Assembly (NCBI GenBank): GCA_028534125.1
Contig: CM052816.1
Coordinates: 35,094,001-35,158,000 of the forward strand
From: Lama glama
Lineage: Eukaryota
Direction of reading: 5' to 3'
Length of the DNA: 64,000 nt
Below are positions 55,020-64,000 of this stretch, one piece after another. Within the stretch, counting starts at the first letter, position 1. Every line of letters begins with the position of its first letter. The notes below the pieces were generated by a model that worked only from the letters and a program-made list of their open reading frames with translations, had not been told where the DNA came from and did no database searches. The position numbers and the translations under genes are program-made.

Positions 55020-55870
55020 ACCGGGTTAGGAAGACAAAAGTGAATTAATACAGTCCATCACTTCACAGATGCACAACTCAAAGTATATAAAAATAAAATA
55101 ACTTTAATACTACAAAACAAGCGATGTACTCATGGCCTGTGCAGAATTCCAGGGAAGTACAGGGAAAGGAGAACCAAAATTGAACTGGTGGGGTTAACAA
55201 AGGCTTTAAATAGGAAATGATACTCAAAATGCACCCCAGGAAAAAAGAACAGCATTACAAAGATTGAAAACTGTGAAACAGCAGATGTCATTCTGAGAAG
55301 CGAAAGGGATTTTTTAACAAGCTACAACTTCAGACATGTGAAGGACTGGTGGGAAAAACAACTGGAAAGGCTGAATGGAGCTAGATCAAAAAGGTTCCTT
55401 GAATGCTAGGATGTTTCAACCTGAACAATAGGAAATACAGATTTCTTGGAATATTTGAAGCATTTCTCTGACATGATCAGTTACTACCTAGACATCCCAA
55501 ACACTTAAACATGATAACAGGGCAAAGGATTACTAAGCATGAGAAGCAAGTGACTCTTCACAAGTGTCTTTTGGACCCCTTTCAATGATGGACTCAGCAG
55601 AGGTAGCAGCAGCAAGGAGGGGAACAGGAGTAAAGGAGGTAACAGATTTGAAAGCCATTTACAAGGCAGCAGTTTCAGGATCCATGACTCATTAACTGTG
55701 AAGGCTGAGGGAAAACAAGGATTATATGAATGTTCCAAAAATTTTTATAGCTTAGATGCCAAAATGGATGGTGTTAACAAAGACCACAACTGAGAAGCAG
55801 GGCCCGTGGGGGATGAAGGAGTTAATCAGCATAATGAGTTCATGTTTGTATATGTTGACTTTGAGGTTCT
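55020..55870 (-). mobile_element. Degraded L2 fragment
   Basis: ggctttaaataggaaatgatactc, acagatttgaaagccatttacaagg, atgagttcatgtttgtatatgttgactttgagg. Confidence 0.65.
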
Positions 55871-56199
55871 ATATTCTTATACATGCATTCTAACAGTGTA
55901 GAAGGAAAGGGGAAAAACAAAGGCAAGGAAGAAGAGGCTAAACTGGGCAGATGAACAAGGACCATATTAGAGAAAATCCTAAATAGACTAATAACCATGC
56001 TTGATTCACAAAACAAAACAAAAAAATTATCATAGGTTTTTTAAACAGGAAACTGATATGATGAAACATTATTTTAGAAAGGTAAATCTAGGGACAAGAG
56101 GAGAAAAAAAGATCCTAAAGGAAAGACAGCAACATAGGTTCAGAGTGATGAAAGGCAGCAGGAGTGTAGAGGAGGAAGTGGGTGAGGAAGACCACTGAG

Positions 56200-57720
56200 C
56201 CACCTCATCCTCCATCCCTGGACCATGTGTCAGAGGCCCTCTTCTCATCTACGTATTTTCTCTTCTATTCTAAGCCTTCAGGTATTTTCTCTACATGTGG
56301 GTGGCTCCCAAACCCAAATCTGCATCCCTGAGATTGCTCTTAAATTCTAGTTATGTATATCCGTCTCCTTCAAGACAATCTATTTGGAAGTGTCACATAT
56401 ACTTTGCACTCAACATGCCCCTGTTTTCCTCCTAAACTTTGTTTTCGACCAGATCTCAGTCTGTGACATAGTCACCTCGCTGCTCAGTTTATAAACCTGA
56501 AAGTAATCCTTACACCTCTCTCTCACCCACCACAGTCTTTGACAAGTCTCGTTGACTCTGACATGCAACTAAGCTAATCATTTGCAATCTCACCCAACCT
56601 ACAAATACTCAATCATTTTTTAAATCCCACTTCTACCTTTTCATATTCACTCCAACTTCTATGTCTTACCTGTCAATCACTCACTAATAGGTTTCCACAG
56701 TGAAGCCTTATGATCTGATCTGATATTAATTTTTCCCATGACAAAACCATTCAAAGCTTCCTATTACCCCTGAGACAAAGACCAAACCCTTTAGTATGAG
56801 GTAATTATTACTTGGCACCTTTTAACTTCTCCAATCTCACTACCTCTATTAGTTTTCTAATATACTATTAACAAATTATCACAGACTTAGTGGCTTAAAG
56901 CAACACAAATTTCATATCTTAAATTCCAGAGCTCCTAAGTTTGAAATGGGTCTCCGGTGGCTGAAATCAAGGTGTTGGCAGAGCTGCGTTCCTTCTGGAA
57001 GCTCTAGAGGAGAATCGGTTCTTGCCTTTTCCAGCTTCTAGAGGCTGCCTGCATTCCTTGGCTCTTGGCCACATGACTCCAACCAGTACTTTCAGAGTCA
57101 CATTCCCTGTCTGTCTCTAACTCTCCTGCTTCCACCATCCTCTTTTAAGTATCCTTGTAATTATATTAGGCCTATCTGTATAATCCAGAATAATCTCTTC
57201 ATCTCAAGATGTTTGACATAATCATATCCACAAAGTCTCTTTTGCTATGTAACAGAACACAAACCACAGGTTCTGGGGACTAGGACACAGCCACTTTGGG
57301 GGAGCATTACTTTGCCTACAACACCTCTTCTCCCCTACTCCCCTGACTACTAGTATACTCTGCACACCAAGTGTACAAACTGGAACTCTTACATCATCAA
57401 ATGTTGCCCAGAATTTCTCCCCCCAAGATCAGGTATAACTCCTTTGTCAGAAACACTATGCTCTGGTCAGACCCTTCATCTGTACACCCTCAGTCATCCT
57501 TCACAACTCTTGGAAGCATTCCATGATCTGTCAAGGAACATGCCCTTCCTAAATCCTGTAAAGACCATCAATTTCCTTTAGAATAGGATTTACTACCTCA
57601 ATCACAATTCTTATTTACTTGTCTGTCTTCCCAGACTCTAATTTCTTTGAGGACAAGTTCAGTACCTAATAGAGTTTCTATTATAAAATAGGCACTCAAT
57701 ATGTATTTACTGAGTGCTAA
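56200..57720 (+). mobile_element. L2 3' region split by an MLT1 LTR
   Basis: ggctcccaaacccaaatc...ctatttggaagtgtcacatatactttgcactcaacatgccc; 3' end aataggcactcaatatgtatttactgagtg. Confidence 0.7.
56845..57323 (-). mobile_element. MaLR solo LTR, MLT1D-like
   Basis: cttagtggcttaaagcaacacaaattt, aatcaaggtgttggcagagctgcgttccttctggaagctctagaggagaatc, ttttccagcttctagaggctgcctgcattccttggctc. Confidence 0.9.
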
Positions 57721-60700
57721 CTAAAGAGACAGTCAAAGATATGTTTAAAACCTGTGAATTCCTAGAAAATTCTGACCATTTCAGATGAACACTGGTGACC
57801 TTCCTGCAACCCCACGTTCAGAACTACAAGAGGAGTCTTTTAGAAGTTATTTCTAGAGTAGATTCAAAAAACTCTACTGTTAGGGACATTAAAAAATGAT
57901 GCTCGTGGTCTCCAACTGAAGTGACTCCAAGGACAAAAAAAGATACAGATTCATTATTTAAAAGAGAAAGTAGCATTACTAGAACGTATTAGTATAATCA
58001 TACCTTCTGAACCCATCATTACAAAATATTTCCAATGGTAAGACCACAAAATAGTGAGGCCATGATTTGAACATGAGGATCCTTTATTACTAAGAGACAC
58101 ACACGAAACTATAACTCATCTTTGCTGCCCTTGGGTTTATTTCTCATTAAATAGTCATCAATCAAGATTCAAGGATGTCCATGAGATTATAATGTCCCTG
58201 TATGGGCATTTCTGTTATAAGACCTTATTTCTTGGTGTGGGTTTAATATACACCAGGTGTTATATAAATAACAGAAGGAAGAACTTAAAGTTTCATTTTA
58301 TCTAAGGCTTATACATGAATGAGGCTTTCCATTAAAAAAATCACTTGAAGATATCTTTTTAATGTCCTTGGTCTTTCTAATTTAAGTCCTATTATTTCAA
58401 TGTCATTAAAATTCTCAGCATGCATATTTAGTCTATGTAAAGTAAAGTAGAATGTGGGACAAGTCTTTTGTGGCACAATTACATTGTCCCCCTCAAGGAT
58501 AATGTAGCAGAAGGTGAACCCTAATTTAGTTAATATGGTAAAGAAAGATAAATGGTTCTTTTAAGAAGTAGAAACAAGCAATGCCTCTTCTTCTATTTTA
58601 TTTTCACCTTTGATATGGGTTAATACAGGGCAATAATTTGCAAATAAGAAATAAAAATATGACATAAGATTGCTTCACCATTTTAAAGTTAATATGAGAG
58701 AGAAATCTCATCAAAGTGTCAAATGAATTTTATGGAACCAATCAAATATAGTTCAGAGTAGTATAAAATGCAGATTAAACTGAATAAGAGAGCATCAATG
58801 TCCTTAAAAATATTTATGAAGTTTGCAAGAATATATAACTATGTGAAACAGTGTCTTCAAATATAGAGCAATAAAAGAAGGAAATGAAAATATGAAAAAG
58901 AAACTATTAAACAAGTAGAATTGAAATGGAATGTGTCATTTCCAAAGGGATGTCATTCAGAAATCTAAACCATGCTCCACTTTAGAAACATTAAAAGCTA
59001 ATATTTTTATATTATTCTAAAAACAGAATGCTAAGATCTTTTAGTTACAAAATTTTTCAAATATCATATTAAGTATTTATTAAATGTCCAGATTTTCTCA
59101 AAAGTAACAGTAAATATTTACTGACTTATGCATTAGATAGTGTGAGATACATAAAACGTGAGTAAAACTGTCCTTATTGCTCTCAAGGACCTTATTATCT
59201 AATGCGGATGTCAGACATATGAAATGAACAATAACAGCAGACTGAACAAAGTAAGTACTGTAACTAGTACTGTAACTATGAGCCCAGAGGAAAGGACATT
59301 TTTGTGAATACATCATGAAAATCTATATTAAATAAAGTTGGCTAACAATAAAATGGAAATTATACATTGTCATTAGAGGTTTTCTACTTCAGAAGTTCAA
59401 TGGGCTGCAGGCTACAGGGGCAGAGGGAGGAGAGTAGTTATAAGGAAGAGGGGTCAACTGACTTGTGAGACTAGCTCAGCATGGAGCAGAATGGGTCCCC
59501 TCTTCTCTCCGTCGTATTCTACTTCTTAGCAACTCACCTCTCTCCTTACCACCTTTCACCAGCCCCTCCTGTGCTACTGACCTCTTCTGCTTTGAATTAT
59601 GTAAGTTTCAACCCTGAGACTACTCAGACTTCGAATGCCTCTGTCTACTACTCTGTCGAATGCCTAGAGACTTTCCTCATTTTCTAGATCTCACTAATTT
59701 AAACTCATTGTATCCTGGGTTTTTAGAACATCAAATATGTTTTCAATATCTGTTTCAAGATATGATGAGTAAGACAGACAGTCAAAGTGATCCTCCATTA
59801 AATTATTTAGAATTGATGATTTACAAAATAAAATAAAATCAATTATTGGCAACACATTATGGGCTTTTTTTTTCCCCAATAAGGGGAAAGTATGAATGAA
59901 AATAACAATACTTCAACATGTTAAGGGTTATTTTTATACTCAGTGTGTGGATTCTCTACCAATTTAACTCAATATTAAAGTATTCAGGTATATAGTTAAG
60001 TGAGATATTTGTAAATGTCACAGGTATAATCTTTTGGTATTTTGATACTTGTTTAAATTTTTAATGTATTTAATGCTAATATTATCAATATTTTGATCAT
60101 AAATCTGGATCCTAGGGTTTTACTATTCTATTCAGCAAAAACTGAAAATAGAGAAAAAAATTCTAGTGCAGAATGCTCTTCATTAAATCATATTTTAATA
60201 TTATGCCCTTGGCTATTATTAAAGGACACTAAAAGCAACAGCCTATGAAATCTATTTCTAAACTTTTGCAGAAATGTTGTTAAGGACATTGTTATATCCC
60301 ACATCCCAAGAGAGAAATTTCCGTTAGAACTTATTGATACTAAAACTTTAAACAAATTAATGTCCTTCCTCCTCTCTAATCATAAAACCAGTTAACTTTT
60401 TCTACAATGGCTTACAGCTAAACTTCAGGCTCAACATGGAAATTATTACAGGTCTTTAAGAAACTGCATTTCATATTTTATTTACTGTTGTTAAATTTCC
60501 ATCATTACTTATTTTTTCCCTGTAACTGATCATTTGTTTCTATTTCTATTTTAACATTTTTCACTGAAATATAATTTGGATACGGCTACACAAGCTCTTT
60601 GTGAAACACAGAAAAATGAAAATTGATTTTCATTTTTTTAAATATGCCAATAAATATCTTACCTTCTTCAAGCAAATAAAAGGCTAGAAAGCCTTCAGCA

Positions 60701-61405
60701 TTTTAGTGAGGTATGTGCTATCTATCACCAACTATACTTCAGATGTAGTTAGTTCACATTCACCCTTGCTTATAAACCTGCAATGAAACGGCATTTTCCA
60801 TAGACACATCCTAATCACGGTATTCTAGGCTCTCAAAAATCTGACTTTAACCTAAACTTACCAGATTACTCATCTTTTTAAATCACCTGTTTCTGTCAAG
60901 GCAACTGATCCTGCCTTCCTTAAAACAAGTCTCAGAATTTCCCATGTTTTGATTATTCCCTTACCAGAACCCCAAATAATTTCCCTATTCCTTCTGCCTA
61001 ACCTCAAGACCTACTTCAAACTCATTTTTCTCTATGAATCATTCTGAGGCCATATGTTCTTCCTCTAAATTCCTAGAGCACATATTGCTACTTTAAAAAT
61101 CAATTTTAAAAGTTCCTTTACATAAGTATCTTTCAGATTGAGGCTCATAAAATCAACTATTTGAATGCAGACTTTTAAAAAATATAATAGACTACATCAC
61201 ATGTAAGAAATATAAAAAGTTATTTTCTAAAATTTGTCTCAGTTAAAAACACACACGTGTCAACACTCCCAGTGTCGTGTTTCCTGAGTCTCAATATACA
61301 ATGCAATTTCTTTCTATGCATTGTGGGGGAAAAAAAAGTTTTAGAAACACTGCTTTATAGTAGTCTACTCAACATTATCATATAATATGATTTTAGAAAT
61401 TTTTT

Positions 61406-61453
61406 TAACTTTTTTTATTGATTTATAATAATTTTACAATGTTGTGTCAATTC
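61406..61453 (-). mobile_element. Extreme 3' tail of a young L1
   Basis: Minus strand gaattgacacaacattgtaaaattattataaatcaataaaaaaaagttaaa matches the L1 tails at ~160-215 and ~48245-48300. Confidence 0.8.
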
Positions 61454-61594
61454 TTTATTCCTTTCTTTTTTTTTAATCAGGGAGAGGTAATTTAGTTTAC
61501 TTATTTATTTGTATTTGGAGGAGGTACTGGGGATTGAACCCAGGACCTTGTGCATGCTAAGCATGCACTCTACCACTTGAGCTATACCCTCCCC
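61454..61594 (-). mobile_element. tRNA-Ala-derived SINE (camelid vic-1-like), little diverged
   Basis: Minus strand ggggagggtatagctcaagtggtagagtgcatgcttAGCatgcacaaggtcctgggttcaatccccagtacctcc, then an AT-rich tail and polyA. Confidence 0.92.
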
Positions 61595-61924
61595 TAGAAA
61601 ATTTTTAATATTACAAAATTCATAACATGTTCAATGAAAAAAATTAAACTACACTTAAGCCAAAAAATACCCGTAATTTCTCCAACCCAAAATAATTATA
61701 AAGTTTTGGAATATAGTGTTTCAACTTTTCTATATATATATGTACATATACACTCTATTTCATTTTATGAAAATGAGGTAATTCTAAAATGGTATTTTAT
61801 AAATTGCCTTTTCTACTTTAACAATATATAACATGAACATTTTATCCTCTTAACAATCATTTTTTAATATCTCCCTGAAAAATTGTAGATGCTTGAGGGC
61901 AGGTACCATGGTTTCAATACTTTT

Positions 61925-62830
61925 TTTTTAACTTGAATGAGTAGTACATTCACAGTGCTTTTAAAAAGTGGAAAATATCAAGTGTAAACTGTAAAAAGAT
62001 TCCCTTACACCTCTGCTGCCAATTTCAACCCTCTCCTCAAACGTGTAACCCCTGTTACATACACATCAACATCAGTCCTAGTTTGAGTATATAAAATTTC
62101 TTTATCACATAAAGGCAAATTCAGACATACAGTCTTACACTCTCATACCTTCCCTATAAAGACAACATAACATAAACTCTGTTTCATAGCTTAGTTCCTT
62201 TTACTAACAATGTATCTTGGAACTTGCCAATCGGTATATAGAAAGCTTTCTCATTCACAGTATTCCATTGGCTGGGTTACCATAATTGATTTAACTAGAC
62301 TTCTAGTAATGACCACTTTATTTCCAATCTCTTGATACTACAAACAATGCTGAAGTGAATAACCTTGCACTAATATTGTTTCATTTAGACACAAATATAA
62401 CTAAAGGATAAATTATAGAAGCATTATTGCTAAGTCAAAGGTACATACATTTTATAATTCTTCTAGATTCTGCCATATTATTTTCTACAGAGGATTTTCT
62501 AATTTATACTTCCATTGCCAAATTACCTAATGGTTTTTTTCTGCACATCTTTGCCAAAGAAGTGAATTATTCAGCTGTGAGTTTATGACTATTTAACAGG
62601 TGAAAAAAATGATATCTCAGTATAGTTTTAATTTTCAATTATTCTAGTAAGTGAGGTAATCACCTGTCATATCTTTAAAAAGTCATTTGTATTTTTAATT
62701 TTTAAACTGTCCACCCATGTCCATTGTCAATTTTCCTATTTGACTGTCTTTTATTAATTTCTAGATGTTCTTTATATATTAAAGAGATTAACCCTTTGCA
62801 GCATGTTTCTTGATTAGATTAGTAAATATT
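61925..62830 (-). mobile_element. Old L1ME-like 3' fragment
   Basis: cagtattccattggctgggttaccataattgatttaac, caaacaatgctgaagtgaataaccttgcac, attgctaagtcaaagggt-like motifs. Confidence 0.75.
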
Positions 62831-62889
62831 TTAAATTGGTGTTGATTTCTTAAAAAGCAGTTATTATATGTGTGTATATATATATATAT

Positions 62890-63125
62890 TTGTTTTCCCT
62901 TTTTCTAATTCATTCCTTTATGATTGTATCTTTGTTAATTCCTTTCTTTTGCTTTCCTTTTGTGTAATTGTGGGTTTGGTTGTTTTTTTCTAATTTTTTG
63001 AATTGTACACTTAATTCATTTATTTTATTCTTTTTGTTTTATTTATGTAAGTATTTAAGGCTCTGAATTTTTCTCTAAGTGCAGCTTTGGCTGCATCTCT
63101 TAAGCTATATGTAAAAATTTTTTCT
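62890..63125 (-). mobile_element. L1 ORF2 fragment (region just after the endonuclease domain)
   Basis: ORF 63020-63256 ends LRDAAKAALREKFRALNTYINK, matching L1 ORF2 'LWDAAKAVLRGKFIALNAYIKK'. Confidence 0.85.
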
Positions 63126-64000
63126 CCCCACCCCATCCTACATTCATTGATGCAAGCAAGGAATATAGCCAAAAACTTCAGGGTGAACTCCTCCCTTTCA
63201 ACAGGCATTTTTTCAGGAGCTTGGTAGGATCCACAGCAACGTGGCTCTTTGATCACTTCTTAACTTTGTATTACACAACTTCTGCCAGTATAAAGTGCTT
63301 TTAATTACCTCAACATGTATTTTGAGGTCTGTGAATTATATATAGCTCTTAGTTTTATAAAAATGCAGTTCATAGATTTTTTATTTTTGCTGTTATTGTT
63401 CTTTTTGTTATTGTTCTATGGTTTTGAATAAGGAACAGGGAAAAAATGTTAAATTATCAACCATGTTCACACCAGAAATCTCTTTATACATTTTCTTGCA
63501 CATTTCCACATGTTTCCCAGTTTGTGTACACAGGTTTCATAAATACTTTAAAATGATGGAATGATACACAACAGGCAATGTTTGTGCTATAAATACCAAA
63601 TCAGATAATTCAATCTGCATTTTAAAAAATTTCAGTAACTTATTCTTTTGGCCATTTAGGCCTCATCTGCCTAGCCCCATCTCTCTTCAAATATTTATAG
63701 GGTAGATAAGAATATGCAACTCATAACCAAAAACCTTGACTCTTCAAACTAAAAATATTATGACATTTAAGAAAGTCTGAGGTAGACTTATGCATGAAAT
63801 ACCTTTGAAAGATCACATAACAAATATTGGTCTCCAAAGTCTATCAATTTTTTGAATCCAACATTGCTCTTTTTCATAATATCTGCTGGTAAATTTTGAG
63901 ATAAAAAACTGAGTCAGTCTATGTTATATGCTCTATGACTTTTTTTATTTTATTAAATGGAAGAACCATAAAATCCAAGTATAATTTGACTTCACCAAAC

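Noticed and set aside
61520..61594. tRNA-Ala(AGC) gene
   Set aside because: Has A/B boxes and an anticodon arm, but is followed by a SINE tail, polyA and TSD, and a diverged sister copy sits at 41244. It is a SINE.

Overview
AT-rich mammalian genomic DNA. The tRNA-Ala-derived SINEs and young L1 3' tails point to a camelid (alpaca/llama/camel type). The whole window lies inside the FER non-receptor tyrosine kinase gene on the minus strand. Three short coding exons (14229-14285, 6635-6750, 4118-4212) splice in frame and encode the start of the kinase domain: Gly-rich loop, VAVK lysine, helix alphaC and hinge. None of them appears in the ORF track. The rest is intron, densely filled with transposon fossils: L1, L2, MIR, CR1/L3, MaLR/ERVL/ERV1 LTRs, an ERVL-like gag remnant, hAT DNA transposons and SINEs. 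The listed ORFs are chance ORFs or repeat remnants. I found no convincing new biological system. The best leads are a SINE+L1-tail composite inside one target-site duplication, two FES-like residues in the FER ATP-binding loop, a perfect ER6 nuclear-receptor palindrome, a candidate stop-containing exon, and a near full-length L2. Repeat subfamily names and FER exon numbers come from recalled consensus sequences, not a database search. Repeat boundaries without a TSD are approximate.
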